Positions 18,831-28,792 of a DNA stretch of 64,000 nt are shown here, piece by piece. Under the pieces are notes generated by a model. It was not told where the DNA came from and did no database searches. It was given only the letters and a program-made list of their open reading frames with translations. The stretch spans positions 91,787 through 155,786 of the forward strand of contig JAFUDT010000014.1 in assembly GCA_017464285.1 (NCBI GenBank), read 5' to 3'. Position numbers and translations under genes: made by a program. Source of the stretch: Bacteroidales bacterium (GTDB lineage: Bacteria; Bacteroidota; Bacteroidia; Bacteroidales; UBA1402). The first letter of the stretch is position 1. Each line of letters opens with the position of its first letter.

Positions 18831-19574
18831 CTATTTCAAAAAACCTTGACGGCGCAGGGTGTCGATAAAGACTTTTGAGAAATGCTCGTTGTCCTTTTTG
18901 GTATAGCGCAGATCGGTAAACACCTGGGCCAGATTGTCCTTATGGTTGATTTCGACATAACGTCGGTTGGCCGGAAGATGCTCCTTGGCCTCGTGCAGCC
19001 GGTCGATGTCCGCCTCGGAATAAGGACGGTAGCGTTCCTCATGCACGATAGCCTCCAAGGGCAGCCGTTCGCTCTCCACGGGGGGATTCAGCGGCCAGCC
19101 CAGGGTGACAGTCGTCAAGGGGACAACCAAGGGCGGCAGTCCAAGACAGTCGATAATCCGGTCCACATTGTAGGTAGTGGTTCCCAGATAACAGATGCCC
19201 AGACCTTTGGACTCGGCAGCTACGCAGAAAGTCTGAGCCGCGATAATGGTGTCAATACCTGCATAGACCAGCGACTGGACATTGTCAAATCCGGGATTGG
19301 CCTGGCGCTGCCGGCACCACTGGGTATAGCGGTTCAGGTCGGCACAGAAAGTCAGGACCACGGGGGCCGACATCACCTGAGGCTGGTTGAAATGGGCCGG
19401 AGCCAGGGCTTTTCGGCCTTCGGGACTACGGGTGACCACTACACTGTAGAGCTGCATGTTGCCTGTATTGGACGCCTGAAAAGCGGCCTGGAACAGGTCA
19501 TCGAGCAAAGCGTCTTCCACCGGCCGGTCGCTGTAGGCGCGGACGGTTGCTCTGTGTTTCAAACTGTCTGTCAT
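18831..19574 (-). CDS. Nitroreductase family NAD(P)H-dependent oxidoreductase (NfsA-like)
   Basis: 247 aa with RATVRAYSDRPV and the SNTGNMQ motif typical of the nitroreductase fold. Confidence 0.82.
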   Translation of the reverse strand: MTDSLKHRATVRAYSDRPVEDALLDDLFQAAFQASNTGNMQLYSVVVTRSPEGRKALAPAHFNQPQVMSAPVVLTFCADLNRYTQWCRQRQANPGFDNVQSLVYAGIDTIIAAQTFCVAAESKGLGICYLGTTTYNVDRIIDCLGLPPLVVPLTTVTLGWPLNPPVESERLPLEAIVHEERYRPYSEADIDRLHEAKEHLPANRRYVEINHKDNLAQVFTDLRYTKKDNEHFSKVFIDTLRRQGFLK

Positions 19575-19725
19575 CTGCTGCTGATTTTTGACAGCGAAGG
19601 TAGCACAAAGGCGGCAAAAACAAAAGAGCCTGCCGGCATGAAAAAAATCGTCTCAAAATAAGCCGGCAGCTATTGGGCATCCGAGGGATAATTGTTATTA
19701 TTGCAATTCGAAAATTCTCACCTGT

Positions 19726-22254
19726 ATGAACCCGCAAACATATACTAAAGAGGAGATTCAGGCTGCCACGCTGGCCTATTTCAACGGCGATGAACTGGCT
19801 GCCAGAGTCTGGATCTCCAAGTACGCCCTGAAGGATTCCTTCGGCAATTACTACGAAAAAACGCCAGAAGACATGCATTGGCGTCTGGCCCGCGAAATCG
19901 CCCGCATTGAACAGAAGTACCCCAACCCCATGACAGCCAGGCAACTGTTCGACCTGTTCGACCATTTCCGCTACCTGATTCCACAGGGCAGTCCCATGAC
20001 CGGCATCGGCAACGACTACCAGATCGCTTCGCTGTCCAACTGCTTTGTCATCGGCAGCGACGGAGAGAATACCGATTCCTACGGTGCCATCATGAAAACC
20101 GACGAAGAGCAGATACAGCTCATGAAACGACGCGGCGGCGTGGGGCACGACCTTTCGGGCATCCGGCCCAAGGGCTCGCCGGTGAAGAATGCTGCCCTGA
20201 CCTCCACTGGCATTGTCCCCTTCATGGAACGCTTTTCCAACAGTACCCGCGAGGTGGCACAGGACGGCCGGCGGGGAGCGCTGATGCTGTCCATCTCCAT
20301 CCAGCACCCCGACGCCGAAGACTTCATCGATGCCAAAACCAGCCTGGACAAAGTGACCGGCGCCAACATATCGGTCAGGGTCAGTGACGAGTTCATGCGC
20401 GCCGTCGTCGAAGACAGGCACTACACCCAGCAATATCCGGTCTTGTCGGACCATCCGCTGTACACCAAGGAAATCCATGCCAGGAGTCTATGGAACAAAA
20501 TCATCCACAATGCCTGGCAGTCGGCCGAACCGGGAGTGCTCTTCTGGGATACCATCACCCGTGAATCCCTGCCCGACTGCTATGCCGATGAAGGCTTTCG
20601 TACCATTTCAACCAATCCCTGCGGCGAGATTCCGCTCTGCCCCTATGACAGTTGCCGGCTGCTGGCACTGAATCTGTACTCATACGTCCGCCAACCCTTC
20701 ACCGCGCAGGCCAGCTTCGACTTCGAGCTGTTCAAGGCCCATGTAGGTATTGCCCAGCGGGTGATGGACGACATCATCGACCTGGAGACCGAGAAAATCG
20801 ACCAAATCCTGGCCAAGATCGCTTCCGATCCTGAAAGCGACAGCATCAAGCGCACCGAGCGCGAAGTCTGGGAGAAAATACGGGCCAAGACACTGCAAGG
20901 CCGCCGTACCGGCATCGGCATCACCGCCGAAGGCGACATGCTGGCCGCCCTGAACCTACGTTACGGCACCGTCGAGGCTTCCGACCAGGCCGAACTGGTT
21001 CACAAGACACTGGCCCTGGCCGCCTACCATGCATCGGCACAACTGGCCGGCGAACGCGGCGCCTTCCCCGCCTACAAAGCCGAAAAAGAAAGCCGCAACC
21101 CCTTCCTCAGACGCCTGTTCGAAGCAGATCCCACGCTGAAAAAAGCCGTTGCCGAAAACGGGCGGCGCAATATAGCCTGCCTGACCATCGCCCCCACAGG
21201 CACCACCAGTCTCATGTCCCAGACCACCTCAGGCATCGAACCTGCTTTCATGCTCATTTACAAGCGTCGGCGCAAAATCAACGCCAGCGAAGATGCCAGT
21301 CATTTTGATTTTGTAGACGAGAACGGTGAAAAATGGGAAGAGTTCATCGTCTTCCACGACAAGTTCAAAGTCTGGATGCAGGCCAAGGGCTACGATCCCG
21401 ACCGGCACTACGAAAGCGAAGAGCTCAACAGTCTCATCGCCCGTTCCCCCTATTCGGGAGCCACGTCCAAGGATGTGGACTGGCTGCAGAAAGTACGCAT
21501 GCAGGGACGCATCCAGCAATGGGTCGATCACTCGATCAGTGTCACCATCAACTTGCCTGCCGATGTCAGCGAGGAACTGGTGGGCTCCCTCTATCTGGAA
21601 GCCTGGCGCTGCGGCTGTAAAGGCTGCACCGTCTACCGCGACGGTTCACGGGCCGGCGTACTGGTTTCGGCCACCGATAACAAAAAGGAAGAGCCGGCAG
21701 CCATCCCGACGGCCCACCCGCTGGTCCGGCCCAAAGAGCTCGAAGCCGACGTACTGCGTTTTCAGAACAACAAAGAAAAATGGATTGCCTTCATCGGCCT
21801 GCAGAACGGACGTCCCTATGAAATCTTCACCGGTATCCAGGACGATGACGACGGCATCGCCCTGCCCAAGAACGTCACCCATGGTAAGATTATCAAGAAT
21901 GTCGATGAGAACGGCAAACGTTACGACTTCCAGTTTTCCAACCGACGCGGCTACAAGACCACCGTCGAAGGCCTGTCCGACAAGTTCAATCCCGAATACT
22001 GGAACTACGCCAAGCTGATTTCAGGCGTCCTGCGCTACGGCATGCCCATTGACCAGGTTCTCAAACTGGTAGGTAGTCTGGAGCTGGACAGCCGCTCGAT
22101 CAACACCTGGAAAAACGGTGTGGAGCGCGCTCTGAAGAACTACCTGCCCGACGGCATCATCAAAGGAGAGGTCTGCCCCAACTGCGGCGGACAGCTCGTC
22201 AAGCAGGAAGGCTGCACCCACTGCTCCAACTGCGAATATTCCAAATGCGGATAA
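19726..22254 (+). CDS. nrdJ: Class II (adenosylcobalamin-dependent) ribonucleotide reductase
   Basis: 842 aa. It has the ATP-cone-less class II architecture, the active-site region STNPCGEIPL, and a C-terminal CxxC...CxxC zinc ribbon (CPNCGG...CTHCSNC). Confidence 0.9.
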   Translation: MNPQTYTKEEIQAATLAYFNGDELAARVWISKYALKDSFGNYYEKTPEDMHWRLAREIARIEQKYPNPMTARQLFDLFDHFRYLIPQGSPMTGIGNDYQIASLSNCFVIGSDGENTDSYGAIMKTDEEQIQLMKRRGGVGHDLSGIRPKGSPVKNAALTSTGIVPFMERFSNSTREVAQDGRRGALMLSISIQHPDAEDFIDAKTSLDKVTGANISVRVSDEFMRAVVEDRHYTQQYPVLSDHPLYTKEIHARSLWNKIIHNAWQSAEPGVLFWDTITRESLPDCYADEGFRTISTNPCGEIPLCPYDSCRLLALNLYSYVRQPFTAQASFDFELFKAHVGIAQRVMDDIIDLETEKIDQILAKIASDPESDSIKRTEREVWEKIRAKTLQGRRTGIGITAEGDMLAALNLRYGTVEASDQAELVHKTLALAAYHASAQLAGERGAFPAYKAEKESRNPFLRRLFEADPTLKKAVAENGRRNIACLTIAPTGTTSLMSQTTSGIEPAFMLIYKRRRKINASEDASHFDFVDENGEKWEEFIVFHDKFKVWMQAKGYDPDRHYESEELNSLIARSPYSGATSKDVDWLQKVRMQGRIQQWVDHSISVTINLPADVSEELVGSLYLEAWRCGCKGCTVYRDGSRAGVLVSATDNKKEEPAAIPTAHPLVRPKELEADVLRFQNNKEKWIAFIGLQNGRPYEIFTGIQDDDDGIALPKNVTHGKIIKNVDENGKRYDFQFSNRRGYKTTVEGLSDKFNPEYWNYAKLISGVLRYGMPIDQVLKLVGSLELDSRSINTWKNGVERALKNYLPDGIIKGEVCPNCGGQLVKQEGCTHCSNCEYSKCG

Positions 22255-22267
22255 GTCAGCCATAGCA

Positions 22268-22324
22268 GAAACCCGCGGCCTGCCGCTCGACACAGAAGTG
22301 TCTCGCCGGCAAACTGCGGGTTTC
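22268..22324. terminator. Compound hairpin between convergent nrdJ and the DUF456 gene
   Basis: The outer arms gaaacccgc (22268-76) and gcgggtttc (22316-24) enclose an inner gacac-agaa-gtgtc hairpin. Confidence 0.4.
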
Positions 22325-22340
22325 CGTGGATGTCCTCTGC

Positions 22341-22835
22341 CTAAAAGGCGTAAACGATAATCTGATACATCATCACGGCCGTGCAGATGAATTTGATGCC
22401 CGTGCTGAAGAGGAAGCCCAGGAAGGTGCCCAGTGCCGCCTTGATCGAGCCTCCGGGCGTGTTGTCGGCCAACAGCAGCTCGAAGAGGAAAGCGCCGGCC
22501 AGCGACAGGACGATCATAAGCACCGGCGAAATGAACATTCCGACCAGCAGGCCGACGGTTGCGCCCCAGCTGCCCTTTTTCGAGCCGCCGGTCATTTTGG
22601 TGAAGTAGGCCGGCACCACATAATCCATGATGGTGATAATGGTCACAATGCCCAGCCAGACAAGCAAGGCTGTGAGTGAAAGGGGAGATCCGCCGGCATC
22701 GGTGCCGCCGCCCCAGAGATAAATGAGTAGCATGCCCACCCAGCTCAACGGCGGCCCGGCGATACCCGGAACGATGCTGCCGATGATACCGATGATACCA
22801 AACAAGATGGCGGCAACGGCAATGGCTGTTTCCAT
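22341..22835 (-). CDS. DUF456-family membrane protein
   Basis: 164 aa with 4 TM segments and the motif DYVVPAYFTKMTGGSKKGSWGATVG. Confidence 0.75.
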   Translation of the reverse strand: METAIAVAAILFGIIGIIGSIVPGIAGPPLSWVGMLLIYLWGGGTDAGGSPLSLTALLVWLGIVTIITIMDYVVPAYFTKMTGGSKKGSWGATVGLLVGMFISPVLMIVLSLAGAFLFELLLADNTPGGSIKAALGTFLGFLFSTGIKFICTAVMMYQIIVYAF

Positions 22836-22839
22836 AGTG

Positions 22840-23250
22840 CTAGACGGCGGGGGCTGCGGCAGCCTTGGCCGTACCGGCCGTGGCAGCTTTCATTTCGGCG
22901 GGAGCGTCCTGCAACATGGCGCAGGTGCCGTTGAATTTGGCATGAGGCTCGACCACCAGGGTGGCAACCTTGATGTCGCCGTTGACCGATGCGGTCGCCT
23001 TAAGTACCAGGACTTCCGAGACCTTGAGCTCACCTTCGACACGGCCGACAATCTCGGCATTCATGCACGTAAGTTTGCCCTTCATCAGTCCGCTCTGGCC
23101 TATGACGACCTTGCCTTGGCAAATCATCTCGCCGTCGATTTCACCGTCCACGCGAAAATCATTCTCGGCGATAATGGAGCCGACGATGCGGGTACCGGCT
23201 GCGATGGTATTATGGACAACACCGCTGGCTATAGCTTTTTCTTTAGTCAT
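22840..23250 (-). CDS. Bactofilin family polymer-forming protein
   Basis: ORF 22840..23283, likely start MTKEK at 23250. Bactofilin/DUF583 beta-helix repeats are present (IAAGTRIVGSIIAENDFRVDGEIDGEMICQGKVVIGQSG...). Confidence 0.82.
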   Translation of the reverse strand: MTKEKAIASGVVHNTIAAGTRIVGSIIAENDFRVDGEIDGEMICQGKVVIGQSGLMKGKLTCMNAEIVGRVEGELKVSEVLVLKATASVNGDIKVATLVVEPHAKFNGTCAMLQDAPAEMKAATAGTAKAAAAPAV

Positions 23251-23310
23251 AATATGCAGTCTGTTACGTATTTTCCGAGACAAAGATAAGAAATTGAGCG
23301 CAAAGATAAT

Positions 23311-23318
23311 TATTTTTG
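23311..23318 (+). promoter_or_regulatory. -7 promoter box (TATTTTTG) for folB
   Basis: Matches TAnnTTTG, 41 nt upstream of the ATG at 23359. Confidence 0.35.
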
Positions 23319-23358
23319 CGTCGCGTTTTTATATATCAGACCGTATCGCTTCGAAAAA

Positions 23359-23709
23359 ATGGATTACATCGCCCTGAACGACATGAGATTTTATGCCCGG
23401 CACGGCTGCTTTCCCCAGGAAAGGAAAACCGGCGGCTACTACATCGTCCATCTGAAACTCTACACAGATCTGAACACCCCCGGCCAGAGCGACCGACTGG
23501 ACGATACCATCAACTATGCCGAAGTCTACGACTGCGTCAAGAGCCTCATGCAGCAACCCGTCAATCTCATTGAGCATCTGGCGGAATCGATATGCAGAGT
23601 CCTGAAAGAGCGCTACATCCAAGTGAGCCGAATCGACATCCGAATCATCAAGCAGCATCCTCCGATATCGGGAGAAATCGGTGGTGCCGAAGTGTTTTTG
23701 TCAAGATAA
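23359..23709 (+). CDS. folB: Dihydroneopterin aldolase
   Basis: 116 aa starting MDYIALNDMRFYARHGCFPQERKTGGYY, with DDTINYAEVY, typical of FolB. Confidence 0.85.
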   Translation: MDYIALNDMRFYARHGCFPQERKTGGYYIVHLKLYTDLNTPGQSDRLDDTINYAEVYDCVKSLMQQPVNLIEHLAESICRVLKERYIQVSRIDIRIIKQHPPISGEIGGAEVFLSR

Positions 23710-23878
23710 AGGCATATTTTCCGACAAAAAGCCTTGTTTTCTCCATTTTATTACTACTTTTGCCGCCCTGATTTTGAAAAAACAGGACAAACCAAGCGAC
23801 GCGGATTGGCGATTTTCGCACCATCCAAGTCACTCGGATTTCAAAGATGAGGACATTTCCAAGGATTTCAGTCGAAGA

Positions 23879-25270
23879 ATGAAGAACAAGTATTATCACC
23901 TGATCGAGCAAACTTTCGAGTTTCCGAACGAAGAGTTTTCTGTCGAAGACGACAGCCTGCAGTGGTACGGCATCCCCTTGATGGACATCATCAAACAGTA
24001 CGGAACACCTCTCCGCATCTTCTATCTGCCCAGAATCACGCAAAACATCCAGCGGGCCAAGAAAATGTTCAACGTCGCCATGGCCAAAGCCGACTACGAA
24101 GGCAACTACGGCTACTGCTACTGCACCAAGAGTTCGCATTTTTCCTTTGTGCTGGACGAAGTGCTCAAGCAGAATGTCAACCTGGAGACATCCTCGGCCT
24201 TTGACATCAATCTTATCGAAACGCTCTACGAAGAAGGGAAAATCGACAAGGAGAAGTTCATCATCTGCAACGGATTCAAGCGTCCGCAGTATATCGAAAA
24301 CATCCAGCGGCTGATCACCAACGGCTTTGTCAACACCATCCCCATCCTGGACAACAAATTCGAGCTAGAGCAGCTGCTCAAGGACTTCGACCGGGATTTC
24401 CAGATCGGCATCCGCATCGCTTCGGAAGAAGAGCCTAAGTTTGATTTCTACACCTCCAGGCTGGGCATACGCTACAACGACATCATCCCCTATTATCTGA
24501 ACGGCATCAAACCGATGAAGAACGTCAAGCTGAAAATGCTGCATTTCTTCATCAACACCGGCATCAAGGACACCGCCTACTACTGGAACGAACTGACCAA
24601 GGCCGTTGAGCTCTACTGCGACCTGAAACAGTATTGTCCCGACCTGGACAGCCTGAACATCGGCGGCGGTTTCCCCATCCAGACCTCACTCGACTCCGAC
24701 TTCGACTACGAATACATGGCCGAAGAAATCGTGGCTCAGATCAAGAGCATCTGCAACCACAACAACATGCAGGAGCCGCACATTTTCACCGAATTCGGTT
24801 CTTTCACCGTGGGCGAGAGCGGGGCCATGCTCTATTCCATCGTCAATCAGAAGCAGCAGAACGACCGGGAGCTCTGGAATATGATAGATTCCTCGTTCAT
24901 CACCACCCTGCCCGACACCTGGGCCATCGACCAGCGTTTTGTACAACTGGCCATCAACAACTGGGATTCCGAATATCAGCGCGTCCATCTGGGTGGACTC
25001 ACATGCGACAGCGAGGACTTCTACAACTCGGAAGCCCATTCCAATGCCGTTTATCTGCCCAAGATCATGCCCGATCGCGAACAGTACATCGGATTCTTCC
25101 ATTGCGGAGCTTACCAGGAAGCACTGAGCGGCTATGGCGGCATCCAGCACTGCCTGATCCCCTCGCCCAAGATGGTGCTCATCGACCTGGACGAGGACGG
25201 CGACTACTACACCAAACTCTTCGCCAAGGAACAGAGTTACAAGGCCATGCTGAAAATACTGGGCTACTGA
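23879..25270 (+). CDS. Fold-type III PLP-dependent decarboxylase (arginine decarboxylase-like)
   Basis: ORF 23681..25270 trimmed to MKNKYYHL at 23879 (463 aa). It has the Orn/DAP/Arg decarboxylase pattern: YGTPLRIFY, a PLP-Lys context YCTKSS, and GGGFPI. Confidence 0.78.
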   Translation: MKNKYYHLIEQTFEFPNEEFSVEDDSLQWYGIPLMDIIKQYGTPLRIFYLPRITQNIQRAKKMFNVAMAKADYEGNYGYCYCTKSSHFSFVLDEVLKQNVNLETSSAFDINLIETLYEEGKIDKEKFIICNGFKRPQYIENIQRLITNGFVNTIPILDNKFELEQLLKDFDRDFQIGIRIASEEEPKFDFYTSRLGIRYNDIIPYYLNGIKPMKNVKLKMLHFFINTGIKDTAYYWNELTKAVELYCDLKQYCPDLDSLNIGGGFPIQTSLDSDFDYEYMAEEIVAQIKSICNHNNMQEPHIFTEFGSFTVGESGAMLYSIVNQKQQNDRELWNMIDSSFITTLPDTWAIDQRFVQLAINNWDSEYQRVHLGGLTCDSEDFYNSEAHSNAVYLPKIMPDREQYIGFFHCGAYQEALSGYGGIQHCLIPSPKMVLIDLDEDGDYYTKLFAKEQSYKAMLKILGY

Positions 25271-26574
25271 TGGACGAAAAGCGGGTAGCCATACAGACGC
25301 TGGGCTGCAAACTGAATTTTGCCGAAAGCGCAGCCATGATGCAGCAGCTCGAGAAGGCCGGCTACCGTCAGGTGCCGTATGGGCAGCCGGCCGAAGTCTG
25401 TCTTGTCAATACCTGTTCGGTGACGGGCACAGCCGACCAGAAAGACCGGCAGGCCATCCACCGCACGGTGCGGGAGTATCCCGATGCGTTCGTAGTCGTC
25501 GCAGGCTGCTATGCCCAGCTCCGCCCCCAGGAAGTGGCGGCCATTCCCGGCGTGAGCCTGGTCGTCGGCGCCGACTACAAGACCGACCTGCTCCCTTATA
25601 TACAGGAAGGACGGCAGGAGGCCGCCCGCATCCTTACCACCGCCAACGAGGACATTGCCCGCTTTCTGCCCGCCTGCGCCCGAGGCGACCGCACCCGCTG
25701 TTTCCTGAAGGTGCAGGACGGCTGCGACTATTTCTGCTCCTATTGCACGGTGCCTTTTGCCCGCGGCCGTAGCCGCAACCCATCGGTCGCCTCTCTGGTG
25801 GAGCAGGCCCGCCAAGCCGCCAAAGAAGGGGCAAAGGAAATTGTACTGACAGGGGTCAATATAGGCACTTTCGGCCGCACGGACGGCAGCAGCTTCCTGC
25901 AGCTGATCCAGGCTCTGGACCAGGTGGAGGGCATCGAGCGCTATCGCATCTCCTCGCTCGAACCCGACCTGCTCAGCGACGAAATCATCCGTTTTGTGGC
26001 CACTTCACAGCGTTTTGCCCCACATTTCCACCTACCCCTGCAGTCTGGTGACGACGAGGTGCTTGCCCTGATGCACCGCCACTACCGCCGCGATCTTTTC
26101 GCCCGGCGCGTGGAGCTCATCAAGGCGGAGATGCCCGATGCCTTTATGGGGGTCGATGTCATTGTCGGCATGCGGGGAGAAACCCCCGAACGTTTCGAGT
26201 CCTCGGCCGAGTTCCTGCGCAGCCTGCCCCTGTCGCAACTGCATGTATTCAGCTATTCAGAGCGCCCAGGCACCAGGGCCCTGAAAATCGACTATAAAGT
26301 GCCCGAAGCCGAGAAAAAGCGCCGCAGCGACCTGCTGCACGCGCTGTCGGAAGAAAAGCGCCTGGCCTTTTACCGGTCCCAAATGGGTCGCCCGCTTCAG
26401 GTTCTGTTTGAGCACGGCAACAAAAAAGGCCTCATGTCGGGATTTTCCGAAAACTATGTCCGCATCGAAGCTCCCTGGCGCGCCGACTGGGAAAACACCG
26501 TCCAGTCCATCACGGCCGGTTCCCCCAATGCCGATGGCACAGCCCTCGTTCCGCAGAGTCCCGATGGAAATTGA
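25270..26574 (+). CDS. mtaB: tRNA t6A37 methylthiotransferase MtaB (radical SAM)
   Basis: Starts MDEKRVAIQTLGCKLNFAES at 25270 (TGATG overlap with the upstream stop). Radical-SAM motif CDYFCSYC is present. The 646-aa ORF call is a 5' over-extension. Confidence 0.88.
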   Translation: MDEKRVAIQTLGCKLNFAESAAMMQQLEKAGYRQVPYGQPAEVCLVNTCSVTGTADQKDRQAIHRTVREYPDAFVVVAGCYAQLRPQEVAAIPGVSLVVGADYKTDLLPYIQEGRQEAARILTTANEDIARFLPACARGDRTRCFLKVQDGCDYFCSYCTVPFARGRSRNPSVASLVEQARQAAKEGAKEIVLTGVNIGTFGRTDGSSFLQLIQALDQVEGIERYRISSLEPDLLSDEIIRFVATSQRFAPHFHLPLQSGDDEVLALMHRHYRRDLFARRVELIKAEMPDAFMGVDVIVGMRGETPERFESSAEFLRSLPLSQLHVFSYSERPGTRALKIDYKVPEAEKKRRSDLLHALSEEKRLAFYRSQMGRPLQVLFEHGNKKGLMSGFSENYVRIEAPWRADWENTVQSITAGSPNADGTALVPQSPDGN

Positions 26575-26608
26575 AACCAGGGGCGCACTATTATCATAAA
26601 AAAATATT

Positions 26609-26616
26609 TACATTTG
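26609..26616 (+). promoter_or_regulatory. -7 promoter box (TACATTTG)
   Basis: Matches TAnnTTTG, 26 nt upstream of the ATG at 26642. Confidence 0.35.
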
Positions 26617-26641
26617 CCCTTCCATTAAAAATCATCTTACG

Positions 26642-27463
26642 ATGAAGAAAATACTCTATCTATCCTTTGCTGCGGTTATGCTGTCGGTCCTATCATCCTG
26701 CAACAACGACAACACAGAACCAATTGATTCCGAACCGCTTGTAAAATCCTACCAAGTCCTGGAACTATCCGGTCATTCTCCTTACGCCAAGACTGAATAT
26801 ACGCCGCTTTACGATGATAGGGGGCGCGTCAGGAAACTGGTCACCGAGACGTACACCTTGAAGGGGAACAAGCAGCGTCTGATAAAAGTAGAAATCAGAA
26901 GTTTCGAGTACGATGATGCCACACACAAAGCTGTTGTGTACTCGACCAACTGCTGGGAGATACTGGAAGAAAGGGAACTGTACGTAATGGGGCCCGATAC
27001 GCTTACGTTCAGCTTCGACAGCGACTGGAAACTTCAGACCATAACTGGAGGTTCGGCGACAGAAACATACTCCTACGAAGGTGATTACATCTCTTCCTTT
27101 TCAGTAGAGGCTTACGACCTCGTTACAGAATACAGCTGGAACGGAGGCGACTTGGCGAGCATCACTCAAGATGACGGAATGTTTCCCTTCATTGCCACTT
27201 TCAACTATGGTACGCAGACCAATCCCTTTGTCGGCGTCCCGGATCCGGTTTTTGCAGAATCCTTCATCCCGGATTACTATTGTTGGGGACTTAACGGCCG
27301 GACCAGCGCTCACCTGCCGATTTCCATGCAAGACAACTTCCACGGAGATATTACGTTTTCCTTCGATTATAAGAAAGACAGTAGCGGACGCATCATACAG
27401 GTGGATATCCTAGGGGATGACACAGACAGCAGCTACGATAAATCGATTATCATAAACTACTAG
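26642..27463 (+). CDS. Hypothetical lipoprotein
   Basis: 273 aa with lipobox LSVLSSCNNDN. No catalytic motifs recognised. Confidence 0.72.
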   Translation: MKKILYLSFAAVMLSVLSSCNNDNTEPIDSEPLVKSYQVLELSGHSPYAKTEYTPLYDDRGRVRKLVTETYTLKGNKQRLIKVEIRSFEYDDATHKAVVYSTNCWEILEERELYVMGPDTLTFSFDSDWKLQTITGGSATETYSYEGDYISSFSVEAYDLVTEYSWNGGDLASITQDDGMFPFIATFNYGTQTNPFVGVPDPVFAESFIPDYYCWGLNGRTSAHLPISMQDNFHGDITFSFDYKKDSSGRIIQVDILGDDTDSSYDKSIIINY

Positions 27464-27543
27464 CCCATCCCCACCGAAGCGGGAGTTCAGACTATTTTTC
27501 CCATGTTCGTATAGCTTTTGCAACGAATAAATTTCGGCGTCAG

Positions 27544-27574
27544 TTTGTCAGTTCGGGAAAAAGCATTACCTTTG
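27544..27574 (+). promoter_or_regulatory. Bacteroidetes sigma-A-type promoter for the rpsF operon (-33 TTTG, -7 TACCTTTG)
   Basis: TTTG at 27544-27547, a 19-nt spacer, then TACCTTTG at 27567-27574. It lies 52 nt upstream of the rpsF ATG. Confidence 0.5.
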
Positions 27575-27625
27575 CGCCGCTCTTTTTGGGGCATTAGTGT
27601 TTTTCATTTTCTAAATTATTAATTT

Positions 27626-27976
27626 ATGAACAGTTACGAAACCGTTTTCATTTTAACTCCCGTTTTGTCTGAAGCACAGATGAAGGAAACGGTAGAAGGT
27701 TTCAAGGCCCTGCTCACGGCAGAAGGCTCAGAAATCGTGCACGAAGAAAATTGGGGCCTGCGCAAACTGGAATATGCTATCCAGAAAAAGACTACAGGCT
27801 TCTATCAGCTGATTGAGTTCAAAGCCAATCCTGATGTAGTTGCCAAGCTGGAAACCAGCTTCCGCCGTTCGGAACATGTGCTCCGCTTCCTGGTATTGAA
27901 ACAGGATAAGTTCTTTGCCCAGTATGCAGAGAAGAGAAGAAGTCTGAAAAAATCAAATGAAGTAAAGGAGAACTAA
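27626..27976 (+). CDS. rpsF: 30S ribosomal protein S6
   Basis: Starts [16 protein letters not shown]. Conserved rpsF-rpsR-rplI gene order. Confidence 0.95.
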   Translation: MNSYETVFILTPVLSEAQMKETVEGFKALLTAEGSEIVHEENWGLRKLEYAIQKKTTGFYQLIEFKANPDVVAKLETSFRRSEHVLRFLVLKQDKFFAQYAEKRRSLKKSNEVKEN

Positions 27977-27979
27977 GTT

Positions 27980-28249
27980 ATGGCACAGAATCCCAACGAA
28001 GTAAGATATCTCGTCCCCCCGACGGTAGATACGAAAAAGAAAAAATACTGCCGTTTCAAAAAGAACGGCATCAAGTTCATCGACTATAAGGATCCCGAAT
28101 TCCTGAAGAAATTCCTGAACGAACAGGGTAAGCTGCTGCCTCGCCGCATCACCGGTACCTCCCTGAAATACCAGCGCAAGGTCGCCCAGGCCGTCAAACG
28201 TGCCCGTCACCTCGCTTTGCTGCCTTATGTAACCGATTTAATGAAGTAA
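27980..28249 (+). CDS. rpsR: 30S ribosomal protein S18
   Basis: 89 aa with [16 protein letters not shown]...LPRRITGTS...[10 protein letters not shown]. Confidence 0.95.
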   Translation: MAQNPNEVRYLVPPTVDTKKKKYCRFKKNGIKFIDYKDPEFLKKFLNEQGKLLPRRITGTSLKYQRKVAQAVKRARHLALLPYVTDLMK

Positions 28250-28253
28250 GACT

Positions 28254-28703
28254 ATGGAAATTATACTGAAAGAAGACATCGTCAATCTCGGCTATAAAGA
28301 CGACATTGTCAAGGTAAAAGACGGTTACGGCCGCAATTATCTCATTCCGCAGGGCAAGGCTGTCATCGCCACCGAATCGGCCAAGAAAGTACTGGCCGAG
28401 GCTCAGCGCCAGCGTGCCCACAAGATCGAGAAACTGAAAAAGGATGCTCAGGAAATGGCCGCCAAGCTGGCCGCCGTTGAAGGTCTGACCATCGCTGCCA
28501 AAGCCAGCGAAAACGGCAAGATCTTCGGTTCCGTCACCAATGTCCAGGTTGCTGAAGCTCTGGAGAAGCAGGGTCTGACTGTTGATCGCAAATCGATTGT
28601 CATGGAGCCCGTCAAAGAGCTGGGTGCCGCCAAGGCTGTTGTCAAGCTGTACAAGGAAATCCACGCCGAAGTTGCCTTCACCGTGGTAGCCGAAGAAGAA
28701 TAA
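28254..28703 (+). CDS. rplI: 50S ribosomal protein L9
   Basis: 149 aa starting MEIILKEDIVNLGYKDDIVKVKDGYGRNYLIPQGKAV. Confidence 0.95.
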   Translation: MEIILKEDIVNLGYKDDIVKVKDGYGRNYLIPQGKAVIATESAKKVLAEAQRQRAHKIEKLKKDAQEMAAKLAAVEGLTIAAKASENGKIFGSVTNVQVAEALEKQGLTVDRKSIVMEPVKELGAAKAVVKLYKEIHAEVAFTVVAEEE

Positions 28704-28729
28704 GACTTTTCAGGCCTTATCATACCATC

Positions 28730-28765
28730 AGCCCCGGATTCAAATGAGTTCGGGGCTGTTTTTTT
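28730..28765 (+). terminator. Rho-independent terminator of the rpsF-rpsR-rplI operon
   Basis: agccccgga...tcggggct stem followed by 7 T residues. Confidence 0.75.
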
Positions 28766-28792
28766 GCTGCTTGGCAGGCAAACCTGTGGCCG

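Noticed and set aside
19575-19725. A cobalamin riboswitch or NrdR box upstream of nrdJ.
   Set aside because: I found no B12-box-like sequence and no 16-bp NrdR-type palindrome. Only the small hairpin reported separately is present.
24634-25269. 5' extension of the mtaB ORF (646-aa call) overlapping the decarboxylase gene.
   Set aside because: It is an out-of-frame overlap with a well-supported gene. MtaB-like sequence begins only at MDEKRVAIQTLGCK (25270), which is coupled to the upstream stop by TGATG.
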